Assembly: GCA_964575955.1 (NCBI GenBank)
Contig: CAZNTG010000002.1
Location: forward strand, 1-60,694
Source of the DNA: an uncultured Thermoproteaceae archaeon
GTDB taxonomy: Archaea > Thermoproteota > Thermoprotei > Thermoproteales > Thermocladiaceae
Direction of reading: 5' to 3'
DNA length: 60,694 nucleotides
Shown: positions 38,806 through 47,947 of the stretch, piece after piece
Numbering within the stretch: position 1 is the first letter of the stretch
Layout of the letters: each line of letters begins with the position of its first letter
Made by a program: the position numbers and the translations under genes
Notes under the pieces: generated by a model
Told to the model about the DNA's origin: nothing
Databases searched by the model: none
Seen by the model: the letters and a program-made list of their open reading frames with translations, nothing else

Positions 38806-39021
38806 AATTTCAATAATAATCCTAACTTTCTTATTCTCAAGATCTCTTAAAATTTCATCAATAGTAATAACATCACTACTCTTCATCTTCTCAATCTTAG
38901 CTAGAAATTTCTCACGAGGTTTTAAATTTGAGAAATTTTGTATTTTCTCACTACATAGAATATATCCATCACCAGCATAGGGAATTATGTAGATATAACC
39001 TTCATATTCTCTCTTGTTCAT
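38794..39021 (-). CDS. Small hypothetical protein
   Basis: 75 aa; YEGYIYI ... KKVRIIIEIL; TATA-like tract upstream. Confidence 0.55.
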   Translation of the reverse strand: MNKREYEGYIYIIPYAGDGYILCSEKIQNFSNLKPREKFLAKIEKMKSSDVITIDEILRDLENKKVRIIIEILDE

Positions 39022-39065
39022 GAAAGTCTATACTCGTATAAAATATTTAAATATTTAGATATGTA

Positions 39066-39585
39066 TTATGGAAAATAGATGTAGAGACATAGAATTCCTA
39101 CAAATATTGAAACTACTTCAGGAATTGCAGCACCTGTAGGCACTTTATATGCAAGATGTGTATACCACAATATTAATTACACATATTGAGAATAGTATCA
39201 TCATAAGTATACTTCTCCTCTTAATTATGTAATACAGTACAAAACATGCAAGTGATATGAAAAATAGTACTGATATTACATAGTGATAAATTCCAAAACT
39301 TTCATTAATACACGCTACCAATGCTAGTAGTATTGATACATGCTTAAGTATCTTTGAACTTACACTATTAATATATTCATATTTTGATGCATAGGTAAAC
39401 AATATGAATGAGTATATTGTTAATCCTATATTTAATACTAATGATGAATATATTGAATATTCTGGATTACCTAAATCACTTATGGCATTACTATAAATTG
39501 ACCACCATCTATGTGATATTATGTACGATATTAATATTATTAGTATTGGCAAAAAGCAAATAACTACCTTACTAACTCTACTCAT
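39066..39585 (-). pseudogene. DUF998-like membrane protein with a frameshift near 39177
   Basis: NAISDLG and HYVISVLFF in the main frame; a shifted frame continues LILWYTHLAYKVPTGAAIPEVVSIF... to a stop at 39066. Confidence 0.65.
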
Positions 39586-39613
39586 AGAAGATTCTAAGTT
39601 GTGGCTAATTAAA

Positions 39614-39662
39614 ATGATGAAGGCACTCAGGTCTGATAAATGATTGAAACACCGGTCACTGA
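39614..39662 (+). ncRNA. C/D-box guide sRNA
   Basis: ATGATGA, AGGCACTCAGGT, CTGA, ATGATTG, AAACACCGGTCA, CTGA. Confidence 0.8.
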
Positions 39663-39663
39663 T

Positions 39664-39714
39664 TCAGTTCCCGTCCCCCATTCTTCATTTCTCTGCATCA
39701 CTAGGGTTCATCAT
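39664..39714 (-). ncRNA. C/D-box guide sRNA, convergent with the previous one
   Basis: Minus strand: ATGATGA (at the aminotransferase stop), ACCCTAGTGATG, CAGA, ATGAAGA, ATGGGGGACGGGAA, CTGA. Confidence 0.75.
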
Positions 39715-40886
39715 CATACTAGTAGTTCTTTTTCATGTATTAGTCTGAATATTTCTTCAACATTTTCAATCTCGACTTTTCTAGATAGTACTGCTATTAA
39801 TGATCCAGCCAGCAGTATTATGTCTCTTCTTGTTATCCATCCCATATTTCCAACTCTGACTATCCTACCTTTCAATTCATCCATACCATCTGCAATATCG
39901 ATACCATACTTATTGTATAGTTCTAATTTTAATTCACTAACCTTAAAATTTTCTGGAGGTTTAAATGAGAGTACTGTTATAGATCTCTTATATTCATCCT
40001 CTACAAATGTTTTCATACCGATCTTCTCAAGAATCTTAACAATGAGCTCTGCTCTACTATAATGCCACCTTATCCATCTATCAAGACCAACATTATCACA
40101 TATGTAGTGTAGTGCTTCTCTTAATGCATTTAGAACATTTACTGCAGGTGTGAATGGTGTTTCATTTCTCTCTAAAAATTTTTTACATATCTTTAAATCG
40201 AAATATGTACTTAGACATGTATTATTTCTCAATTTTCTCTCAGCTTCAACAGTCCTATAAGTTATAAATGATATTCCGGGTGGTGCTCCAAGACATTTTT
40301 GAGAACTTGAAAATGCTACATCAATACTCCATCCACTGCAGGTAAAGTAGTCACCTCCAAGTCCTGATACATTGTCAACAATTATTATTGCACCATACTC
40401 ATGTGCAAGTTTTGCAAGTGATTTTAAATCTCTAAATCTTGTTCCTGGATTTGTTTCATTGTATACAACTGTCACAACATCTAATTCTCTAATCTTATTA
40501 TATTCTAAAAATTCTCTAATTCTATCTACATTTGGAACTTCACCATAATCTACCTTGAATATGTATACATTTTCTGTAATTCTCTTAACCTGTTCTGCAA
40601 ATCTTCTTCCAAATGTTCCATATATGATACAGAGAACTTTATCATTTCTAGATATGAAATTCATTATCGATGCTTCAACAGCTCCTGTACCACTTGCTGT
40701 GAATATATATACATCACCTTCTGTATCAAAAATCTCCTTTAAATATGTTACAACATCTTTGAAAATCCTTCTAAAAATGTCTGATCTATGTCCTACATGT
40801 CTTAAAAGTGCTTTACGTACACTAGGTATGAGATTAGAAGGTCCTGGAACTAGCAGTAGAGGATCTTCATGCTCTACTATATGCAC
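39714..40886 (-). CDS. Class V PLP aminotransferase (serine-pyruvate/alanine-glyoxylate type)
   Basis: LLVPGPS, ASGTGAVEA, YNETNPG, VDNVS, SSQKCLGAPPG, RVGNMG; GTG start at 40886 likelier than 40958. Confidence 0.9.
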   Translation of the reverse strand: MHIVEHEDPLLLVPGPSNLIPSVRKALLRHVGHRSDIFRRIFKDVVTYLKEIFDTEGDVYIFTASGTGAVEASIMNFISRNDKVLCIIYGTFGRRFAEQVKRITENVYIFKVDYGEVPNVDRIREFLEYNKIRELDVVTVVYNETNPGTRFRDLKSLAKLAHEYGAIIIVDNVSGLGGDYFTCSGWSIDVAFSSSQKCLGAPPGISFITYRTVEAERKLRNNTCLSTYFDLKICKKFLERNETPFTPAVNVLNALREALHYICDNVGLDRWIRWHYSRAELIVKILEKIGMKTFVEDEYKRSITVLSFKPPENFKVSELKLELYNKYGIDIADGMDELKGRIVRVGNMGWITRRDIILLAGSLIAVLSRKVEIENVEEIFRLIHEKELLV

Positions 40887-40943
40887 TCTAGAGCTTGTGT
40901 ATAATAATTTTAAAGTATTATTACATACTAAGCCTGTAGAGAT

Positions 40944-42053
40944 GTGACTCTTAGACAATTAGAAATATCAACATCACAGGGACGTATAGATGTTGAATTT
41001 AGTAAGCTTACAGTACTTACAGGTAGTCCTAATGTAGGTAAGTCAAGTCTATTAAAGATAATTAATAAGATTTTTGAAAATATTGATAAGATATATCAAA
41101 AGGTTAAAATTACTAAAAAATCAATTATTAAGATAAGTATAGAAATACCACAAGATAAGCTTAAGATTATTAAGAGAAGATTTTCTAAGATTTGGGAAGT
41201 TGATCTATCTGACTGGGATGGTACTGTCCAAATTATATATAACATTGATAAAGATACTTATGAAACAATATTTAAGATACCTATAGTTGATGAACCAATA
41301 TTCCAAGTGTCGTATAGAGATGGTGAGAAGATTATCATTAAGAAACCTATAGAAGTTGAAATTAAGGATAAGTCTGTAAGTATTTTAGATATTATTAAAA
41401 GTATTAGAGATATGCCTCAAACACATCTATTTTCTACATATGAAGAAGAGCTTGAAATTATTCTAGGACTTATTGAGAGTATTGTAACATCTTTAAAAAG
41501 TGTTAAGATATATAGAATTGGGCCTTATATAGACTATTCATCTTGTATAGATATGAGAGATGTATGGTCTACATATAGTGATGATTATGTTGGAATTCAT
41601 GGTGAGAATACTCTAGTAGCACTGTCTAGAGCGTTTGCAGATGGTAGATTATGGCCAAATCTTGCAAAACTTCTATCATATTTAGAGAAGATCGGAATTT
41701 CGAGAGTTAGATGTGGTATTGTTAATGGTAAACTATCAATAACTTATATAAGTGATGAAGGTCTTGTAACATGTCCTGAATTGTCATGTAGTATTAGATC
41801 ATTAATAACGTACTATACACAGCTAATGCTTGCACAGAAGAATTCTATATTAATGATTGACAATTTTGACTATTGTTTAAATGAAGATACATGTAGAGTA
41901 TTAATACCAATGTTTAAAGATTGTCTATCTAGAAATGTACAGATAATACTTGAAGTACATAGTAGGGACATAGTATCAATATTAACTAGAGATGCAGGAT
42001 TTAGAGAAATTAAGATTGATAGTAGAGTACCAACATATATAAAATTTGCATAG
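40944..42053 (+). CDS. ABC/AAA_15-like P-loop ATPase (divergent)
   Basis: LTVLTGSPNVGKSS Walker A; LMIDNFD Walker B-like; ILEVHS switch. Confidence 0.7.
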   Translation: MTLRQLEISTSQGRIDVEFSKLTVLTGSPNVGKSSLLKIINKIFENIDKIYQKVKITKKSIIKISIEIPQDKLKIIKRRFSKIWEVDLSDWDGTVQIIYNIDKDTYETIFKIPIVDEPIFQVSYRDGEKIIIKKPIEVEIKDKSVSILDIIKSIRDMPQTHLFSTYEEELEIILGLIESIVTSLKSVKIYRIGPYIDYSSCIDMRDVWSTYSDDYVGIHGENTLVALSRAFADGRLWPNLAKLLSYLEKIGISRVRCGIVNGKLSITYISDEGLVTCPELSCSIRSLITYYTQLMLAQKNSILMIDNFDYCLNEDTCRVLIPMFKDCLSRNVQIILEVHSRDIVSILTRDAGFREIKIDSRVPTYIKFA

Positions 42054-42071
42054 TTTAGAAATGTATTACAA

Positions 42072-43220
42072 ATGGTTAGAGCTGTAGGTATTGACCCAGG
42101 AACATACAGTATGGATATCTACGGTTTTGATGATAAGACAGGGGAGACAATTATAGATACATCAATTTTGAGAGAAGAAATAACTAAAAATCCTGAGCTA
42201 GTATTGAGAGAGTTGGAGAAGTTGAAAGATGTGGACATCGTAGTTGGCCCATCAGGATATGGTGTACCACTTAGAGAATCTAAAGATATTACAGATATAG
42301 ATATAGCATATGCAACATTTATAACTGAGAAAGATTATGAAAGAAGACTTAGAATTGTTGGACTTAGAAAACTTATGAAAATTCTTAAGAATAGTAATTT
42401 AAAAGTATACTACTGTCCTGGAGTTATACATCTTAAGACAGTTCCAAAATATAGAAAATTGAATAAGATTGATATGGGTACTGCAGATAAGATATTTAGT
42501 GTCGTAGCTGCAATGAGAGATGAATATGAGAGAGGTGTTAAACCTAGAGACATATCTATAATTGTTGTTGAGATAGGATTTGCATATAATGCGGTTATCG
42601 CTGTGCAAAATGGTGAGATAGTTGATGGAATTGGTGGTACATATTCAACAATTAGTTACCTAGGTATGGGTGCTATGGATTCTGAAGTTGCATATGCCAT
42701 AGCTAATGTTGTTGATGATTTTTCAAAAATATTACTATTTAAGGGAGGTGTTGCATATCTAGTATTTGAAGATCCATTTAAACATACTGTTGAAGAATTT
42801 ATAGAGAGAGTTAAGGTTAGTGAGAATGGTAAGATAGCATATGAAGCATTTATTGAAGGTATTTTAAAAGATATTGCTAGAATTTTAGTATCTGTAGATA
42901 AGGTTGATAGAATATATCTAAGTGGTAGATTTATTAGAGTTGAAGAGTTTAGAAAAGATTTAGAGTATAGAATTAGAAAGATGTTAAATAAGTTTAATAT
43001 TAGATGTGAAATATGTACTATAAGTAGAAGAGCTAAAAATGCTAAAGAAGCTGCTGAAGGTGCTGCAATTATTGGTAATGGTCTTGCAGGTGGTAAATAT
43101 AGTGAACTTATAGAAACTTTAAAGTTAAATGAGAGTTCAGGAACAATATTCGACTACCTAATTATTGATAGTGATATCAAGTCTAGAATATTGGAAAAGT
43201 TTGCTAAAGTTCCAATATGA
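42072..43220 (+). CDS. DUF1464 family (ASKHA/butyrate-kinase-like) protein
   Basis: GIDPGT, GPSGYG, NKIDMGTADK, IVDGIGG, AKEAAEGAA. Confidence 0.8.
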   Translation: MVRAVGIDPGTYSMDIYGFDDKTGETIIDTSILREEITKNPELVLRELEKLKDVDIVVGPSGYGVPLRESKDITDIDIAYATFITEKDYERRLRIVGLRKLMKILKNSNLKVYYCPGVIHLKTVPKYRKLNKIDMGTADKIFSVVAAMRDEYERGVKPRDISIIVVEIGFAYNAVIAVQNGEIVDGIGGTYSTISYLGMGAMDSEVAYAIANVVDDFSKILLFKGGVAYLVFEDPFKHTVEEFIERVKVSENGKIAYEAFIEGILKDIARILVSVDKVDRIYLSGRFIRVEEFRKDLEYRIRKMLNKFNIRCEICTISRRAKNAKEAAEGAAIIGNGLAGGKYSELIETLKLNESSGTIFDYLIIDSDIKSRILEKFAKVPI

Positions 43221-44363
43221 TTATTTACCTGCAATAACTTTTAGATGATAGTATATCTCTTTTGCAAATCTTGCAGGTGTGAAGTAGTAGCTTGTTCTTA
43301 TAGCTCTTCTCCTCATCTTAATAAGCTCATCCTCACTCATCTGTAATACATGTAGTATATATTCAAGCATTTGTCTATCATTCTCATATGTAAATCCATC
43401 TTTACCATGTGTTACCAATTCTGCAAGTCCACTATCTCTAGGTATTATAGGTATAACACCTTGACTCATTGCTTCTACTGGTGCCATTCCAAAATGTTCA
43501 CCAATTCTCAGATGAACATAAACTCTAGCCTGCCTATAGTACTGTAACATCTCTTCATCTTTCAAAGATTTTGATATTAATAATACATCTGGTGTTTCTT
43601 CAGCAAGTTTCATAAGTTCCTTATAGTAGTCAGTATATCTGATATCTGGTATTCCTATAATGATCAACTGTGCATCAGGTACTTTAGGCTTTACATGTTC
43701 TCTAAACATCCTGATAAGTGTATCAAGTCTTTTATGTGGTACAAATCTTCCAACACTTATTATAGTCTTACCACGTTTTTCAGAGATGTCTGGCTCATTT
43801 TCAAAATATACCCAACTAACAGCTGGATATATGACATCAGCATCAACTTCATAATGTCTATATAGTGCATCTAGAGTATAGTGAGAATTTACAAATCTAG
43901 TATCTGTATACTTGTAATATGCATTATACACATTTGGAAATCTATAAAGTTCAAAGAATTTCAACAAGTTAACCTCAGTCAACTCTTCCTCAAATGGGTA
44001 ATGTATGTATATTGCAGTTTTAAATCCAGGTCTAACAGTTTTTAGAAGTAGACTATGTACAGGTTCCTGAATCATTATCAATGCAATATCTGGAACTTCA
44101 TCATGCAGAATCTCGTCATAAGTTATCAATAGATCTATAATCTTACTAGTTACAGGACACTTACTGTAAAGTTCCATCCTCTTAAAATAGTAGAACTTTA
44201 TCTTCTTATGCTCAGGAAATAGCTCTGTATTTCTATCACGTGTTGCAACAATAATCTCACACTCAGGACAATACTCAACCAACTCATACAGTAGTATTCG
44301 TGTAAGATTTTCACTACCACCAACTAAGTCTAAATGTGGATGTATGAGAAGTACCTTCATCAA
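43221..44363 (-). CDS. Family 4 glycosyltransferase
   Basis: GGSE, SVGRFVPHKR, EHFGMAPVEAM. Confidence 0.9.
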   Translation of the reverse strand: MMKVLLIHPHLDLVGGSENLTRILLYELVEYCPECEIIVATRDRNTELFPEHKKIKFYYFKRMELYSKCPVTSKIIDLLITYDEILHDEVPDIALIMIQEPVHSLLLKTVRPGFKTAIYIHYPFEEELTEVNLLKFFELYRFPNVYNAYYKYTDTRFVNSHYTLDALYRHYEVDADVIYPAVSWVYFENEPDISEKRGKTIISVGRFVPHKRLDTLIRMFREHVKPKVPDAQLIIIGIPDIRYTDYYKELMKLAEETPDVLLISKSLKDEEMLQYYRQARVYVHLRIGEHFGMAPVEAMSQGVIPIIPRDSGLAELVTHGKDGFTYENDRQMLEYILHVLQMSEDELIKMRRRAIRTSYYFTPARFAKEIYYHLKVIAGK

Positions 44364-44426
44364 CTTTAGAAATATCTTGAAACTAATTTAAAGGTTAGAG
44401 TAGGTATTAAATATTGCTGAGATACG

Positions 44427-44861
44427 ATGAAGATATATTGTAGAGCTGTCAGTGAGATACTTGCAGCAGCATTACTAGCATTAATAGCTGCAATTTTAGG
44501 CTTTATAATATTCTACTACGCAATAAATATATACTCAACAACACTTACATATGTATCAAAAGGACATTGTACATACAATATTATTGATGTTGAAATTAAT
44601 GAATCATTAACACTTGTAAATATTACACCTATAGTGTATGTTTTTAGTAAAGTTCCATGTAGATTTGTTAATGAATATCTACTTATAAACTACTCAGTTG
44701 TTAAAGATATGATCACGATATCAACAATAGTTAAGCCTGGACAAGTTTCAAATTTAACAACACTATCATTATCAAATCGTGTATATAATAATGCTATTAG
44801 AGTTGATGTTTGTGTTGTATCTTCTGATGGTAATGTTAAGTGTTTTAATGTTAAACGTTAA
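44427..44861 (+). CDS. Type IV pilin/archaellin-like protein
   Basis: Class III signal peptide RA|VSEILAAALLALIAAILG, followed by a beta-rich domain with several N-x-S/T sequons. Confidence 0.7.
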   Translation: MKIYCRAVSEILAAALLALIAAILGFIIFYYAINIYSTTLTYVSKGHCTYNIIDVEINESLTLVNITPIVYVFSKVPCRFVNEYLLINYSVVKDMITISTIVKPGQVSNLTTLSLSNRVYNNAIRVDVCVVSSDGNVKCFNVKR

Positions 44862-46291
44862 ATTGTAAGTCCAAGATCTCTCAATTTTCTATGAGCTATA
44901 TCTAGAAGTGTGCATAAATTCTCTAAATAATCTCTATTAAATTCAACGTTATATCTCTCAACTTCTAGCTTGAGATCAGTACCTGTGACTGCTATTGGAT
45001 CTAATCCAAGACCTGCTATTAATGTTAATAGGTCAAGTATTTGTGATGATTTTTCTCTACCAACATCTTCTTCTATAAGTTTGTAAACTATGTACATCTT
45101 TAATGCATATTCATCAACTCTTAATTCGTTTGATATCGATTTTATTGGTCTTATCTTTAGGTCTCTTAGAAAATCTTTGAATGTTGTATATCTTGTTCTA
45201 ACTCTAGAATCTATAAATTCTACTGCTAGTTCTACATATTTTGGATATATTCTTAATATATCTTCAATATTTTCTGATAATTCAACTGCAGATTTATAGG
45301 CTATTGATGCAAGCTCTACCATTATGTCTGGTGCATATCCTGATCTTGCAAGTTCTCTAAAGTCATCTCCAGCTTCTTCATATAGTGTTGCATTATTTTC
45401 TATCATTGCTCTACATATCTTACTCATTGCTCTACAAGACCTCTCCTTCAATTCTACAATTCTTCTATGTTCTTCTGGAATTCCAATCTTGCTTCTTCTA
45501 ACTTCATCACTACATAGTGTGTAGTATTTTTCTGCTTCTTCAATCATTCCATGTGTGAAGTAGTAGTTTCCTAATACTTCAAGTGCATCAGCCATGCTTA
45601 ATATGTAGTTTACATATGCTTCAGGTATTGATGTTGAACATTTTCTAAATAATGCACTAGATTCAGCATATAGTTTTGAAGCTTTCTTAATAACATTCTC
45701 TTCTTCATCATGTTTCTCCTCATCATGAAGTTTCTCTGCAACATTTTTCAACTCTTCAGCTTCTGCAATTTTTGAAAATGCTTCAACGAATATTGCTCTA
45801 TCTAGAATACCTACATCTCTATATAGTTTTGATGCTCTTCTAAATCTCTCAGCTGCTTGAGAATAGTTACCATATGCGTAGAGTAGAGTACCTATCTGCT
45901 CATTTATCTGTGCTTGTAATGATTTTGACTCATTTTCAATATCTTCCTTTAATACATGTTCATTAATTATATCTGAAAGTTCTAGTATGTTTAAATCTAT
46001 AAACATTTGTAGAAGTCTAGATATTTCAGGTAGTGATAATCTACTCAACACTTCTGGAAATATTTCTCGAATTATATTTACATAGTCTTTTAATATGTTT
46101 TGAAAATCTTCATCTGAGATATCTATACTACAATTATCGTCAATACATCTTGAATATTCTAAAATACATGTATCTTCTAGATCTCTTCTAGATACTACAC
46201 CTCTAGCCTTATATATTAGTATTGTTGATAGTGTTTTTGTTAATTTAGTAAGATTCCAACCACATTTTTCAGCAATTACCTCACTCTTCAT
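44858..46291 (-). CDS. Alpha-solenoid (TPR/SNAP-like) protein
   Basis: GNYSQAAERFRRASKLY, GMIEEAEKYY, YEEAGDDF helical repeats. Confidence 0.65.
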   Translation of the reverse strand: MKSEVIAEKCGWNLTKLTKTLSTILIYKARGVVSRRDLEDTCILEYSRCIDDNCSIDISDEDFQNILKDYVNIIREIFPEVLSRLSLPEISRLLQMFIDLNILELSDIINEHVLKEDIENESKSLQAQINEQIGTLLYAYGNYSQAAERFRRASKLYRDVGILDRAIFVEAFSKIAEAEELKNVAEKLHDEEKHDEEENVIKKASKLYAESSALFRKCSTSIPEAYVNYILSMADALEVLGNYYFTHGMIEEAEKYYTLCSDEVRRSKIGIPEEHRRIVELKERSCRAMSKICRAMIENNATLYEEAGDDFRELARSGYAPDIMVELASIAYKSAVELSENIEDILRIYPKYVELAVEFIDSRVRTRYTTFKDFLRDLKIRPIKSISNELRVDEYALKMYIVYKLIEEDVGREKSSQILDLLTLIAGLGLDPIAVTGTDLKLEVERYNVEFNRDYLENLCTLLDIAHRKLRDLGLTI

Positions 46292-46301
46292 TATCTCTTA
46301 A

Positions 46302-46592
46302 CTACACTTTCTCTCCACGTCCAAGTCTTTTATATATCTCTCTAATTCTAGCAATCTCTTCCTGTATTAGACCTATGTGGAATTTTAATTCAGGAATTTC
46401 ATACTTATCAGCAACTTCAAGACCATACTTAACAAGCTCTTCTGCAAGCTTCAATTCCTTATCTCTGACAAGACTCCAAAGTGAGTAAACTATACATTCA
46501 ACAAGCTTCTCCTTAAATTCAAGAGCCTTCTCACGATTACCTGACTGTAATGCATGTTGATAAAGCCTCTCCCATCTACTACACCTAGCCAT
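46302..46592 (-). CDS. Small helical hypothetical protein
   Basis: ORF 46302-46607, probable start at MARCSRW; operon-like with neighbours. Confidence 0.6.
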   Translation of the reverse strand: MARCSRWERLYQHALQSGNREKALEFKEKLVECIVYSLWSLVRDKELKLAEELVKYGLEVADKYEIPELKFHIGLIQEEIARIREIYKRLGRGEKV

Positions 46593-46603
46593 ATCAACAC
46601 AGG

Positions 46604-46870
46604 TCAAGAACCACCACTTTTAAACTTCTCCTTCATCATTTTAATCCTCCTCTCCTCAATAATACGCTTAATCTTCCTAACAAGAGGAATAAAACATCTA
46701 TCAAGACCATACTTCCTAGCCTCACCAATAACACTCTTCAACTCCTGATAAACAACCTTAGGATCTTCACTAGAAGCCCTCCTCTCAATATCCCTCAACC
46801 TCACAACAATCTCCCTAGCCTTACTCTCAACCTCCTCACTAGAAATAGAAACACTACCAGACTCAGACAT
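46604..46870 (-). CDS. Small helical hypothetical protein
   Basis: ORF 46604-46903, probable start at MSESGS (46870); charged helical sequence. Confidence 0.55.
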   Translation of the reverse strand: MSESGSVSISSEEVESKAREIVVRLRDIERRASSEDPKVVYQELKSVIGEARKYGLDRCFIPLVRKIKRIIEERRIKMMKEKFKSGGS

Positions 46871-46934
46871 CAAACAAACAAAAAACAAACACATTAAAAA
46901 CATTGCCTCATAAACAAGAGTTAGAATATTTCAA

Positions 46935-47855
46935 TCAGGATATTATGCACATTTTAATAAAGCCTTTACCTACAGTCTCCTTCCCCCCTACAGCCATGAT
47001 AGGCTCTGCTCTTATGAGATCTTCTAGCCTTTTCAATGAAGATTCACTACAATCATTTTCATCATTTTTAGCTATCATACTTAAATCTTTGAAGAGTATA
47101 GCTCCTACAAATATAGTTCCAGTAGGTACATACTCCTCTCTCCATAAAGCTCCTGACTTTGCAGTCTTAGTAGTATACTCTAGCGAAACTCTTGTCTGAA
47201 TAATTAGAATTTTATTCACCAAACTTCTAAAAATATCATCTTTAACTATTAATATCCTCTCAAAAACCTCACTAGATGGATATGGCATATTCTTAACTAC
47301 TTCTACAACTTCGCTAGGAATATCGATATCAATGTAAGATTTAGATATATCAATTCTAAAATCTTCCACGAATAAAGATTCTAGGTCTCTCAAATACTTA
47401 CTACTCTCCTTTAATGGTATTGCATGACACTTTGAATCTTCATGTAGAAGTTTATTAGATTCTTCAAATAGTTTCTTAATAAAGTTGTAGAAAACCTTTA
47501 CTCTACTACTCTCTGATAAACTTAGAATTTTTTGAATTCTCCATAGCAAGTATGGACATGTTACATAGATAACTAGCCTATCCTCATAATGTGTGGGAAT
47601 AGCTAGCATAAATGCGTCAGTAAATATAACAAAGCTTTCACGTGCACTATCTACATCATCTCCTAAACACTTTTCTAACCCCCTACTAACTTTATGCACT
47701 AATGACTTAAATGTACCTTTTAATGAAGATGAAAATATCATTGGAATACCGAGAGAATCTCTTTGAACTACAAGATCAACCTTCATACTACGACCAAAAC
47801 CAGCATGTATAGGAGTGATAGCACAATAGGCAGATATAACCACACCCTTAAACAT
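46935..47855 (-). CDS. cmr4: Second Cmr4-like (Cas7 group) RAMP
   Basis: TPIHAGFG, VDLVVQRD..GIP, SSLKG, GALWREEYVP, VGGKETVGKG; start likely at MFKG. Confidence 0.85.
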   Translation of the reverse strand: MFKGVVISAYCAITPIHAGFGRSMKVDLVVQRDSLGIPMIFSSSLKGTFKSLVHKVSRGLEKCLGDDVDSARESFVIFTDAFMLAIPTHYEDRLVIYVTCPYLLWRIQKILSLSESSRVKVFYNFIKKLFEESNKLLHEDSKCHAIPLKESSKYLRDLESLFVEDFRIDISKSYIDIDIPSEVVEVVKNMPYPSSEVFERILIVKDDIFRSLVNKILIIQTRVSLEYTTKTAKSGALWREEYVPTGTIFVGAILFKDLSMIAKNDENDCSESSLKRLEDLIRAEPIMAVGGKETVGKGFIKMCIIS

Positions 47856-47947
47856 GACATAATACCCATATGTACAATATATACGAATTACCCCAATCTC
47901 ATGACTACAATACACTATAGAGAGAAATTAGAATACAAAAGCAAACT

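Noticed and set aside
39640-40062. 140 aa plus-strand ORF and similar Ser/Ile/Leu-rich antisense ORFs (e.g. 11806, 18659, 30186, 32424, 49797, 57314)
   Set aside because: Shadow frames opposite well-supported genes
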